A stretch of 64,000 nt of DNA from an uncultured delta proteobacterium (GTDB lineage: Bacteria > Myxococcota_A > Polyangia > Polyangiales > Polyangiaceae), in NCBI GenBank assembly GCA_963782055.1, contig CAWAIF010000003.1, positions 3,936,001-4,000,000 on the forward strand. The letters are read 5' to 3'. Below the pieces are notes generated by a model that was not told the DNA's origin, did not search any database, and saw only the letters and a program-made list of their open reading frames with translations. This document shows, one piece after another, positions 32,254 to 43,089 of this stretch (its first letter is position 1; every line of letters starts with the position of its first letter). Both the position numbers and the translations under genes were made by a program.

Positions 32254-32484
32254 CCCCTCCCCCTCAGCACGCCCCGTGCCACCCCCCCCCTCCCCCAGGA
32301 TCCCGCTGAAACGTCGAACGGCGAGGAGCCTTGCAGTCCGACGTCTGGTGTCCGGGGACAGGAGGGGGGACAGGGGGGACAGGGGGGTGGGCGGCGGCGG
32401 GCGGCGGTGGGCGGGACGGGGGGACACGGGCGGCGGACGGCGGGAGGGGCACGCTCTCGTTCGAGAGGCGCTACAGTCCGGCGC

Positions 32485-33030
32485 GTGGAGCCCCTGCCCT
32501 TCCTGTCGCGGTTCTTCCTCGCCTACGTCTTCTTCTTCCGCGCCATCTTCGATGGCGACTTCGCCGCGCGTGCGCTCGCGGTGCGCGACCGCATGCCGGA
32601 GCTGCCCGCGCCCAAGCCCGAAGCGCCCCCGCCGCCCGAGAAGAAGGACCGCTCGTACGACGAGGCGCTGCTGCTGCTCGGCCTGCTCCAGCGCGAGGGG
32701 CGGCTCCTCGACTTCGTCGAGCAGGACGTGGCCGCCTTCTCCGACGCCGACGTGGGCGCGGCCGCACGCCTGGTCCACGACGGCTGCCGCAAGGCGCTCC
32801 GCCAGCACGTGGAGCTCGCGCCGGTGCGCGAGGAGGAAGAGGGCGCGAAGGTCACCGTGGAGACGGCCTTCGACGCCCAGCGCGTGAAGCTCGTCGGCGA
32901 CGTGAAGGGCTCCGGCCCCTACGCGGGCACCCTGCAGCACCGCGGCTGGCGCGCGAAGGGCATCACCCTCCCGGAGCCGATGAGCGGCCACGACGCGACC
33001 GTGCTCGCGCCGGCGGAGGTGGAGGTCTAG
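32485..33030 (+). CDS. DUF2760-like protein
   Basis: ALLLLGLLQREGRLLDFVEQD...DADVGAAARLVHDGC...GTLQHRGW...APAEVEV. Likely start GTG 32485. Confidence 0.8.
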   Translation: MEPLPFLSRFFLAYVFFFRAIFDGDFAARALAVRDRMPELPAPKPEAPPPPEKKDRSYDEALLLLGLLQREGRLLDFVEQDVAAFSDADVGAAARLVHDGCRKALRQHVELAPVREEEEGAKVTVETAFDAQRVKLVGDVKGSGPYAGTLQHRGWRAKGITLPEPMSGHDATVLAPAEVEV

Positions 33031-34833
<1,803 letters not shown>

Positions 34834-34835
34834 CG

Positions 34836-37574
34836 ATGGCGGGGAAGCGGCACGTCGTCGGCATCGACCTGGGCACGTCCAACACGGTGGTGGCGCGCGC
34901 CCGGCGGGAGGCCTCGAGCGAGGCGCCGGAGGTGCTCCCCGTCGCGCAGCTCGTCGCGCCCGGGCTGGTGGAGGGGCGGCCGCTCTATCCCTCGTGCCTC
35001 TTCGCCGCCCTGCCGGGCGAGGCCGGCGGCGATCCCTTCGGCGAGCTGCCCTGGGTCTCCGGCGAGCTGGCGCGCCGGCGCGGCGCGGAGGTGCCGGGCC
35101 GCCTGGTCGCCTCCGCCAAGAGCTGGCTCTGCCACGCCGGGGTGGACCGCGGCGCGCCCATTCTGCCGTACGGCGTGCCGGACGAGGACGTGCCTCGCGT
35201 GTCTCCGGTGGCGGCGAGCGCCCTCTTCCTCGCCCACCTGCGCCGGGTGCACGACGAGGCCTTCCCCGGCGATCCGTTGACGAGTCAAGAGATCGTCCTG
35301 ACGGTGCCGGCGTCCTTCGACGACGCGGCGCGCTCGCTCACCCTGCGCGCCGCGGCCGAGGCCGGCCTCTCCCCGGTGCTGCTGGAGGAGCCGCTCGCCG
35401 CCTTCTACGACTACCTGGAGCGCGAGCACGAGCTCGCCTCCCTCGTCGACGCGCGCGGGGGCGAGGCGCGCGTGCTCGTCTGCGACGTGGGCGGCGGCAC
35501 GACGGACCTCTCCCTCGTGCGCGTGGCGCGTCGCGCCGGCGGCGATCTGGACCTCGCGCGCGTCGCGAGCGGGCGGCACCTGCTGCTCGGCGGCGACAAC
35601 ATGGACCTCGCCCTCGCCCACCTCGCCGAGTCGCGGATGGTCCCGGCGCCGGAGCGGCTCGCCCCCGCCCTCTTCTCCCAGCTCGTCCACGCGTGCCGCG
35701 CGGCGAAGGAGTCGCTGCTGGGCGCCGGCGCGCCGGCGGAGGCGGTGGTCCGCCTGGCGCGGCCGGGGGCGAAGCTCGTCGGCAACATGCTCACGGCCAC
35801 CCTCACGCGGGAGGACGCCGAGAAGACCGTGCTGGAGGGCTTCTTCCCCGACGTCGATCCCGACGAGCCCCCCGCGCGCCCGCGCGCCGCGCTGGTGAGC
35901 TTCGGCCTGCCGTACGAGAAGGACGTGGCGGTGCCGCGGCACGCGCTGCGCTTCCTGCGCCGCCATGGCGGGCACGGCGCGGTGGACGCGGTGCTGCTCA
36001 ACGGGGGCGTCTTCCGCGCCGAGCGCATCGCCGCGCGCCTCGTCGCCTGGCTGTCGCGCGTGGCCGGGCGGGAGGTGGTGCGGCTGCCGCTCGCCGATCC
36101 CGACGTCGCCGTGGCACGCGGCGCGGTCGCCTACGGGCTGGCGCGCGCCGGGCTGCGGCCGCGCATCGACGCGAGCAGCGTGCGCGCGTACTACCTCGGC
36201 CTCGCCGGCGGCGCGCAGGCGGTGTGCGTGGCGCCGAAGGGCGCGCGGGAGGGCGAGCGGCACGTGGCGCAGGGCCGCGCCTTCCACCTGGTGGTCGGCA
36301 AGCCGGTGCGCTTCGACCTCTACGCCTCCGAGGATCGCGACGCCGACCGCCCGGGCAACCTCGTCACCGTCGACGACACCTTCGAGCGACTCCCGCCGGT
36401 GGCGACGGCCATCGATCAGTCCCACCAGCGGCGCGCCGCGGAGGACGTGACGGTGCTGCTCAGCGGCGAGATCGGCGCCACCGGCACGCTGGCGCTCCGC
36501 TGCGAGGAGCCGCCGGAGCCGGAGGGCATGGGCCGCGTCTTCGAGCTCGCCTTCGACCTGCGGCCGGAGCCGGAGCGGTCCGCCCGCGGCGCCTCCCTCC
36601 CGCCCCCGTCGGTCTCGCCGAAGCTGGAGGAGGCGCGCGCCGCGATCGAGCGCGTGTTCGGCAAGAGCGCGACGGCGACGCCGCGGGAGGTGAAGGACCT
36701 GCAGCGGGATCTGGAGCGCATCCTCGGCGAGCGCGCGAGCTGGACCGGCCCCACGCTCCGCGCCCTCTTCGACACCCTCGCGCACAACCCCGGCGGCCGC
36801 CGCCGCAGCGCGGATCACGAGCGCGTGTTCTTCGCCCTCGCCGGCTACTGCGCCCGCCCCGGCTTCGGCGACCCGGGCGACCCGGCGCGCGTCGACCTCA
36901 TGGCGCGCCTCTTCCCGGAGCGCCTCGGCTTCCCCTCCGAGACGCGCGGCTGGCAGCAGCTCTTCATCGCCTACCGGCGCGTCGCCGGCGGCATGGACGA
37001 GGCCGCGCAGGCGATGATCCGCGACACGCTCGACCCGGTGATCGCCCCGAAGGAGGCGGGCTTGCCGCGCAACAAGAAGTTCCAGCCGCTCGCGCAGGCG
37101 GAGCTCACCGAGCTCGCCTCCTTCCTCGAGAGGGTCCCCGCGTCGCGGCGCGAGGCCCTCGGCGAGTGGCTGCTGGAGCGTACCTGGACCGACGCCTCCC
37201 CTGCCCTCTGGGCGGCCATCGGACGCGTGGGCGCCCGCGTCCCGGCCTACGCGGGCGTCGACCACGTGGTGGCCCCGAAGGCGGTGGAGCGCTGGCTGGA
37301 TCACTTGACCCGTCAATCATGGAAGGGCATCGCCACCGCCGCCGACGCCGCCGCCCGGATGGCCCGCCTGACCGGCGACCGCGCGCGCGACCTCTCTCCG
37401 CGCGCGCGCAAGGACCTGGAGCGCAAGCTCACCCGCGAGGGCGGGCGGCCGGAGCAGCTCCGTGCGCTGCGCGAGGTGGTGCCGCTCGAGGCGAAGGACC
37501 AGGCCGATATGTTCGGCGACGCCCTGCCGGTGGGTCTCAAGCTGGCGGCCGGGCCCCGCGTGCGCGTGGACTGA
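34836..37574 (+). CDS. Atypical Hsp70-family protein with long C-terminal extension (DUF3731-like)
   Basis: VGIDLGTSN, LTVPASFD, DVGGGTTD, LGGDNMD. C-terminal RRRSADHERVF...GYCARPGFGDPGD...WAAIGRVGAR...FGDALPVGL. Confidence 0.88.
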   Translation: MAGKRHVVGIDLGTSNTVVARARREASSEAPEVLPVAQLVAPGLVEGRPLYPSCLFAALPGEAGGDPFGELPWVSGELARRRGAEVPGRLVASAKSWLCHAGVDRGAPILPYGVPDEDVPRVSPVAASALFLAHLRRVHDEAFPGDPLTSQEIVLTVPASFDDAARSLTLRAAAEAGLSPVLLEEPLAAFYDYLEREHELASLVDARGGEARVLVCDVGGGTTDLSLVRVARRAGGDLDLARVASGRHLLLGGDNMDLALAHLAESRMVPAPERLAPALFSQLVHACRAAKESLLGAGAPAEAVVRLARPGAKLVGNMLTATLTREDAEKTVLEGFFPDVDPDEPPARPRAALVSFGLPYEKDVAVPRHALRFLRRHGGHGAVDAVLLNGGVFRAERIAARLVAWLSRVAGREVVRLPLADPDVAVARGAVAYGLARAGLRPRIDASSVRAYYLGLAGGAQAVCVAPKGAREGERHVAQGRAFHLVVGKPVRFDLYASEDRDADRPGNLVTVDDTFERLPPVATAIDQSHQRRAAEDVTVLLSGEIGATGTLALRCEEPPEPEGMGRVFELAFDLRPEPERSARGASLPPPSVSPKLEEARAAIERVFGKSATATPREVKDLQRDLERILGERASWTGPTLRALFDTLAHNPGGRRRSADHERVFFALAGYCARPGFGDPGDPARVDLMARLFPERLGFPSETRGWQQLFIAYRRVAGGMDEAAQAMIRDTLDPVIAPKEAGLPRNKKFQPLAQAELTELASFLERVPASRREALGEWLLERTWTDASPALWAAIGRVGARVPAYAGVDHVVAPKAVERWLDHLTRQSWKGIATAADAAARMARLTGDRARDLSPRARKDLERKLTREGGRPEQLRALREVVPLEAKDQADMFGDALPVGLKLAAGPRVRVD

Positions 37575-37603
37575 GTGGGGGGCCTGGCGCTAGGCTTTCA
37601 AGC

Positions 37604-38083
37604 ATGCCCTCCGCCTCCGAGCTCGCGCCGCTGGTCATCCCATCCACAGGCATCACCCTCACCGAGAAGGAGGCCGAGGCCATCCTGGAGATCGCCTACC
37701 TGGCCATCGCCGCCGACAGGCGCCTCTCCGACGACGAGCTCGTCGCCTTCCGCGGCATGATGGGGCGCCTCCGGCCGCTCGCGGCGGGCGGCGCTCCGGC
37801 GACCGGCCCGGTCTCGATGAAGGATCTGGACCGCACCCTCGACCGCCTCAACGCCCTGCTGGAGCGCGTGGACCGCGACGAGCACCTGCGCACGCTGGCG
37901 AGCGACCTCTCCCCCGCGGCGCGCGAGCTCGCTTACAAGGTGGCGTACGCCCTCGGCCTCGCCGACATGGACTCCAGCGACGCCGAGTTCGAGTTCGACC
38001 TGCAGCTCGTGGAGGCGCTGGACCTCCAGAATGACGTCGCCGAGACGCTCGCCGACGAGGTGATGGGCGTCCTCAACGGCTAG
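37604..38083 (+). CDS. TerB-like helical protein
   Basis: AILEIAYLAIAADRRLSDDE...AYALGLADMDSSDAE: two AD-x3-SxxE repeats typical of the TerB fold. Confidence 0.7.
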   Translation: MPSASELAPLVIPSTGITLTEKEAEAILEIAYLAIAADRRLSDDELVAFRGMMGRLRPLAAGGAPATGPVSMKDLDRTLDRLNALLERVDRDEHLRTLASDLSPAARELAYKVAYALGLADMDSSDAEFEFDLQLVEALDLQNDVAETLADEVMGVLNG

Positions 38084-39509
38084 GGTCCTTGCCCGCCTTC
38101 ATCCGCGCGAGCCGGTCTGCCGCCACCTTCTCGTACGCCGGCCGCCGCTGCCCGGGCGGCAGCGAGCGGTACAGCGCGAGCTGATCCTCCACCGCCTTCC
38201 GGGCCTCCTTCTTCCGGCCCAGGGCGAGCAGGATGTCCGCGCGCAGGGCGTAGATGAGCCCCTTGCGCGGGCCGTACGCGAGCTTCAGCGCGCGGTCGGC
38301 GGCGGCGAGCGCGTCCTTCGGCCGCTTCGCCTCCAGGTACGCCTTCGCGAGGCGATGCGGCACGTTGTAGTCGTCGGGGAGCTCCTTCTCCCGCGGCTCG
38401 AGGAAGCGCACCGCGTCCGCCGGGCGCCCGAGGTAGAGCAGCGTCTCCAGCCGCGCGCCGTCGTAGGTCGTGGCGATGGCGGGGTCCGGCGCCCTCGCCG
38501 CCGCCGCCTCCACCAGCGCGAGCCGCGCCTTCGCCGTCGACACCGCGCCGTCGTGGTCGCCCAGCCGGTCCTGCACGTCCCAGAGCAGGCGCATCGCGTC
38601 CCCGCGGTCGTCGGCGGAGAGGGGCGCCGACGCGTCGGCCACCAGCGCCTTCATCCGCGCCTCCACCACGCCGAACAGCCGCTTCGCGCGCGGGTCCTCC
38701 TTCTTCAGGTGCGCGGCGCACTCCACCGCCGTCGTCGCGAAGTCGGTGCACGACGAGGAGCTCCCGGTGTCCCCCAGCGAGGCGAGCCCCAGGTCCGCGC
38801 AGGCGCCGTCGTCGCCCGCGCGCTCGAGGGCGTCGATGCGCGACACCAGCGCGTCGGGCAGGCGCGCCCAGCCCCCCGGCGCCTTCGCGATCGCCGCGGC
38901 GTAACCCCTCGCCGCGGCGGCGAAGCGCCCGGCGAGACCGAGCCTGTCGGCGTCGCGCAGCAGCGCCAGCGCGTCGTCGTGCGGGAGCTCGGAGGTATGT
39001 GCACTCTGCACGGATCGCTCGGCGTCGGCCAGGAACGCGCGCATCTGCGCCACCGAGGCCGCCCCCTCCCACCGGCCGTGCACGCTCTCGTCGGCGGGGT
39101 CGACGACGAAGAAGGTCGGGAGCACCTTGACCGGCAGCTTGCCGCACGCGGCCTCGTTCTTCGGGTTCTCCACGTCCATCGAGAGCCAGACGAAGCGCGA
39201 GCGCGGCAGGCCGGCGTCCTCCAGCACGTACGCGCGCATCGACCGGCAGGTGTGGCACCACGTCGCCCACGCGTCGATCACCACCGGGCGGTGCGTCTGC
39301 TTGCCGAGCGCGATCGCCCGCGCGTAGTCGTCGTCCACCCACGGCTCGGGGGCCGCGGCAGCCGGCCTCGCCGCCGGTGCCGCCGTCGCGCGCGCCGGGG
39401 CGGCGACCGACGAGGCCGCAGGGCGTGACGCGACCACCGGCGACGGCGGGCCGCCGCACGCCACCAGCGCCGCCAGGGCGGCCCACCTCGTCGCGAGCGC
39501 GTGTCTCAT
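38073..39509 (-). CDS. Thioredoxin-fold lipoprotein with TPR-like repeats
   Basis: Lipobox LVAC, WATWCHTC redox motif, helical TPR-like C-terminus. Confidence 0.8.
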   Translation of the reverse strand: MRHALATRWAALAALVACGGPPSPVVASRPAASSVAAPARATAAPAARPAAAAPEPWVDDDYARAIALGKQTHRPVVIDAWATWCHTCRSMRAYVLEDAGLPRSRFVWLSMDVENPKNEAACGKLPVKVLPTFFVVDPADESVHGRWEGAASVAQMRAFLADAERSVQSAHTSELPHDDALALLRDADRLGLAGRFAAAARGYAAAIAKAPGGWARLPDALVSRIDALERAGDDGACADLGLASLGDTGSSSSCTDFATTAVECAAHLKKEDPRAKRLFGVVEARMKALVADASAPLSADDRGDAMRLLWDVQDRLGDHDGAVSTAKARLALVEAAAARAPDPAIATTYDGARLETLLYLGRPADAVRFLEPREKELPDDYNVPHRLAKAYLEAKRPKDALAAADRALKLAYGPRKGLIYALRADILLALGRKKEARKAVEDQLALYRSLPPGQRRPAYEKVAADRLARMKAGKDPSR

Positions 39510-39516
39510 CCGCCCC

Positions 39517-41319
39517 TCATGGTGCCACGCCGCCCGACTCCAGCCACCTGCGCGCCTGCGCGCGGATGGCGTCGTCGGTCGCGTACAGGTCGATCGGCGA
39601 CTTCGTCCCCAGGATGGAGGCGAGCGCGTCGTCGGCGTAGAAGCGCACGAGCGGGTAGTCGTTGGTGAGCTGCCCGGCGACGAGGACCGCGACCGAACAA
39701 TCCTTGCGCTCTCCCAGCAGCCGCAGCGCCACCGCCTGCTCGTGCGGCTTGCCGCGCGCCAGCGTCGCGACGAGCGGCCGCGCGTCGAGGCTGCCGTACA
39801 GCTCGTGCTGCAGCGTGCGGTCCAGGTGCGTGCCCCAGAAGCTGTCCATCTCGTCCAGGATGGTGCCCACCGTCTTGTCGGTGTGGCAGAGCGCGCACTC
39901 CAGCGGGCGATCGCGGAGCACCATCGGGTCGTTGGGCGATTCGATGCGGTGGTAGCGCCCCAGCCGCACGTCCAGGGTCATGTTCTTCCGGGGCATGTGG
40001 CAGGCGACGCACCGTCCGCCCTCCCGCGCCGGGTCGTGGTGGGTGTGTGCGCGCTGGGCGGCCACGCTCGCGTACTTCGTGTGGCAGCCGGTGCACACCG
40101 CGTCGCCTGCGGGCGTCTCCAGCCTGTCGGTGAGCGACTTGTCGTCGGGGGAGTGCGGGTCGTGGCAAAGCGTGCAGTCTGCACGCATCGAGCACTTGGA
40201 GAGCAGGAAATCCCGCCCCTCGCCGGAGTTGATGTTGCTGCCGCCCGGGTCCTGCGCCCTCAGGCCGCCCTCCCACGTGTAGGGGTAGCGGGAGAAGAGC
40301 ACCTGGTGGCAGCGCGCGCAGGTCCGGTTGATCCGCTGGGCGCGCACGGCGGCGGGATCGCCCTCGTCGCCCGCCACGTGGAGGAACGGGGTGTGCGGCA
40401 GGAAGCTCGGGGCGACGCTCGGATCGCGCACGTGCTCCTTCGCGCCGCCGTGGCACGACTCGCAGCCGATGCCCACCTCGACCAGCTTCTTGCCGTCGAA
40501 GTCGGCGCGGGTGGTGGCGATGGCGCGATCGAGCAGGCGCGGATCCCCCGGCGAGGGGCGTGTGCCGGAGAGGAAGGCCACGTCGTCGGCCAGGGCGTCG
40601 CGCAGACCGTCCTCGTCGTCGACGACGGTGCGCCAGCGCAGGTCCTGTGGCAGGAGCGGGTCCACCACCTCGCCCTGGTAGACCGAGCGCCGTCCCTTGG
40701 CGTGCGGCAGCGGCAGCGAGCCGAGCATGGAGGTGAAGTACGGCGCGGTGTTGTGGCAGAGGATGCACGTCTTGCTCCACACCGGCCCGGCACGCAGCCC
40801 GTCGCGCTCGTGCGACATCACCGAGTAGCCCTTGTAGCGAAACCTGCCGTCGAAGATGAGGTACGAGACGGGCAGGATGAGCTCCTCGTGCGACTCGCCT
40901 CCCGGGCCGACCTGCACGCCGGCGTAGTCCTCGCGGTAGTGCCCGCCGATGACCCGCGTGACGCGGTAGCGCGCGTCACCGTAGCGCCGCGAGTACACCG
41001 AGACGAAGCGCTGGTCGCCCTTCTGGTCGAGCTCCACGCGGTCGTCCTTGAACCGCAAGGCGGTGCCGTGGAAGGGCGCGCGGACCCGAGCGCCCGGGAG
41101 GTCGCGCGTCATGTTGTGCATCGGAGCCCTGTCCCATTGCGCCACGATGGCACCGTGGCAGGGCGCACACGCCGCGGACCCGGCGTAGTCCGCGCGCAGC
41201 ACGTTGCTACGGACGACCCCACCCTCCCCGCGCGCCTGGGGCGAGCGCGCGCCGCGCGTCGACGCGCACGCCGCGGCCAGCGCGACGGCGACGAGGACGA
41301 GCGGGGTGGCGCTACGCAC
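39517..41319 (-). CDS. Octaheme c-type cytochrome lipoprotein with C-terminal HEAT-like region
   Basis: Lipobox LAAAC. Eight CxxCH motifs: CAPCH, CILCH, CESCH, CARCH, CTLCH, CTGCH, CVACH, CALCH. Confidence 0.88.
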   Translation of the reverse strand: MRSATPLVLVAVALAAACASTRGARSPQARGEGGVVRSNVLRADYAGSAACAPCHGAIVAQWDRAPMHNMTRDLPGARVRAPFHGTALRFKDDRVELDQKGDQRFVSVYSRRYGDARYRVTRVIGGHYREDYAGVQVGPGGESHEELILPVSYLIFDGRFRYKGYSVMSHERDGLRAGPVWSKTCILCHNTAPYFTSMLGSLPLPHAKGRRSVYQGEVVDPLLPQDLRWRTVVDDEDGLRDALADDVAFLSGTRPSPGDPRLLDRAIATTRADFDGKKLVEVGIGCESCHGGAKEHVRDPSVAPSFLPHTPFLHVAGDEGDPAAVRAQRINRTCARCHQVLFSRYPYTWEGGLRAQDPGGSNINSGEGRDFLLSKCSMRADCTLCHDPHSPDDKSLTDRLETPAGDAVCTGCHTKYASVAAQRAHTHHDPAREGGRCVACHMPRKNMTLDVRLGRYHRIESPNDPMVLRDRPLECALCHTDKTVGTILDEMDSFWGTHLDRTLQHELYGSLDARPLVATLARGKPHEQAVALRLLGERKDCSVAVLVAGQLTNDYPLVRFYADDALASILGTKSPIDLYATDDAIRAQARRWLESGGVAP

Positions 41320-41337
41320 GCCCGCAGGATAGGTCGC

Positions 41338-41439
41338 TCAATCGGTGAACGGGAGTTCCTCGAGCTCTTCCTCGTCGTCCGGCAGCTCCGGCTGCGACTC
41401 GTCAATCTCGGGGGCCTGTTCCAGCGGTTGGGGGTTCAT
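41338..41439 (-). CDS. Putative 33-aa acidic peptide MNPQPLEQAPEIDESQPELPDDEEELEELPFTD
   Basis: ATG to TGA ORF below the 60-aa track cutoff. It fills the intergenic gap and sits directly downstream of a sigma-54 motif. Confidence 0.5.
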   Translation of the reverse strand: MNPQPLEQAPEIDESQPELPDDEEELEELPFTD

Positions 41440-41451
41440 GCCTCCGCAACG

Positions 41452-41467
41452 AGCAACAGGCGTGCCG
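41452..41467 (-). promoter_or_regulatory. Candidate sigma-54 (-24/-12) promoter
   Basis: Minus strand CGGCACGCCTGTTGCT against consensus TGGCACG-N4-TTGC(A/T): one mismatch, exact GG-N10-GC spacing. Confidence 0.7.
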
Positions 41468-41558
41468 TCTTCCGTCCTGTGGAAAACGCGGGCAATTGTG
41501 CCCCTTCGCCGCGCTGAGCATGCGCAGCGCCCTTCGCGGACCGCGCACGTCCAGCGAC

Positions 41559-42995
41559 TCAGCGGCCGGAGTAGACCTTCACCTCCAGCGTGCCCAGCCG
41601 CGGGAACTCGTTCGCCGCGAGCGGCACGTCCTCCTCCTGGCCGTTCAGCGAGAGGCGAACGCGCGTCACGCCGGGGATGCGCTGCAGCGCATCGCGCAGG
41701 CGCCAGCCCATCTTCTGGTCCTCCGAGCCGAAGTCCACGTGCGGGTTGTAGACCGCGCGGGTGTTGGGCTCGAAGATCTCGGCCAGCTCCACCTTCGCCT
41801 CGCTCGCCACGGTCGCCGGGCTCGCGTCCAATCCGACGGTGAGCGAGGCGCTCACGTCGAAGGACCGGTAGACGGGATCCTCCACGCGCAGCGCCAGCGG
41901 GTCGCTACAAGGGATGCCCCGCGCGTCGGCGAGCGCCGCCGCCTTCATCGCCGCGGTGGCCACGCCGCCGGACTCCGGCACGAGCAGCAGCACGCCCTCG
42001 CCCTCCCGGATGGACCGGTCCTGCGCGCGGGTCAGCAGGACGGCCCGGCCCAGGCCATGGATGTCCTCCGGCAACCGCTCGGCGAAATACGCGCGCGCGT
42101 CCACGCAGCGGGGGGCCACCTCCATCGGCGTGGCGAGGTGCGCCGGCGCCGGCGGGGGCGCGTGGACGTGGAGGAACGCCGCGAAGGGCGCGGCGGCGAC
42201 CGCCACCCCCAGCATGCTCATCACCGCGCTGCCGCGCCGCTCGATCGGCGAGAGAGCGTCGCGCAGCGCGAGGTGGCACCGCGCCACGGCGCGCCCGGCG
42301 GCGCTGGAGCGGTACGACGCCACGCCCGCGTCGTCGCGACGGATGAGCACCGCGTCGGTGAGCGAGCCGCTGAGCAGCGGCGGGAGCGTCTCGTAGCCGT
42401 GCGCCTCCGCCTCGGCCATCACCCGGAACGCGCCGTGCTCCCCCCGGTGCACCTGGCGCAAGAACCCCGCGCGCGCGCGATCGCGATGGAGGATCATCGC
42501 GAGGGAGACCACACCGCTCGCGAAGGCGAGGGCGCCGAGCCCCACCGCGACGGCGGAGGGCGCGGCCATCGCCGCGACGCCGGCGATCGCCAGGCCGCCG
42601 CCCGTGCGCACGCCGACCCGCTCCATCCTGTCCAGCGCGCCCTCGGCGAGGGTGACGCGGTGCTCGCGCAGCGCGGGGCCGAAGAGCACCGTCGCGAGGA
42701 GCGCCGGCCCGGCGGCGCAGAGCAGGAGCGCGCCCCCGCCGCTCGCTCGGCCGACGAGCACGCCGCAGAGCGCGCCCACCAGCCCGCCGCCGACCAGCAT
42801 GGTGAAAGCCCACCGCATGCGCACGGCGAGCGCCCCCAGCGCCGCCCCGCCGGCGGCGCCCAGCGCCACGCCGAGCGACGAGGCGCCCTCCGCCCCGAGC
42901 ACGGCGGCGAAGAGCGCGCCTGTCGTCAGCGCGGCCGACACGCCGAAGAGCCGCCGCAGCACCTGCTCCGATGGGAAGGACGGCTCGAGCTGCAT
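41559..42995 (-). CDS. Multi-pass membrane protein with C-terminal phage baseplate J/gp47-like domain
   Basis: N-terminal Gly/Ala-rich TM helices. C-terminal RAVLLTR...GVLLLVPESGG...VEDPVYRSFDV...NPHVDFG...RIPGV...LSLNG...EFPRLG, which I recall as resembling baseplate wedge protein C-termini. Confidence 0.6.
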   Translation of the reverse strand: MQLEPSFPSEQVLRRLFGVSAALTTGALFAAVLGAEGASSLGVALGAAGGAALGALAVRMRWAFTMLVGGGLVGALCGVLVGRASGGGALLLCAAGPALLATVLFGPALREHRVTLAEGALDRMERVGVRTGGGLAIAGVAAMAAPSAVAVGLGALAFASGVVSLAMILHRDRARAGFLRQVHRGEHGAFRVMAEAEAHGYETLPPLLSGSLTDAVLIRRDDAGVASYRSSAAGRAVARCHLALRDALSPIERRGSAVMSMLGVAVAAAPFAAFLHVHAPPPAPAHLATPMEVAPRCVDARAYFAERLPEDIHGLGRAVLLTRAQDRSIREGEGVLLLVPESGGVATAAMKAAALADARGIPCSDPLALRVEDPVYRSFDVSASLTVGLDASPATVASEAKVELAEIFEPNTRAVYNPHVDFGSEDQKMGWRLRDALQRIPGVTRVRLSLNGQEEDVPLAANEFPRLGTLEVKVYSGR

Positions 42996-43089
42996 GCCTT
43001 CATGCTGATGGGCCAGCGGCGGGTTGGCAAGGCCTGCCGGCCATCGTCAGTCACCCTGCCCTTCCGGCTGTCTGCCGGCCTGGGTGACC

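Noticed and set aside
34994..38083. 1029-aa ORF
   Set aside because: Only the last 159 aa (TerB-like, from 37604) look coding. The rest is an alternative frame of the Hsp70 gene.
41338..41439. RiPP precursor or Pup-like tag
   Set aside because: No modifying enzymes nearby, no Cys/Ser/Thr-rich core, and no C-terminal GGE/GGQ.
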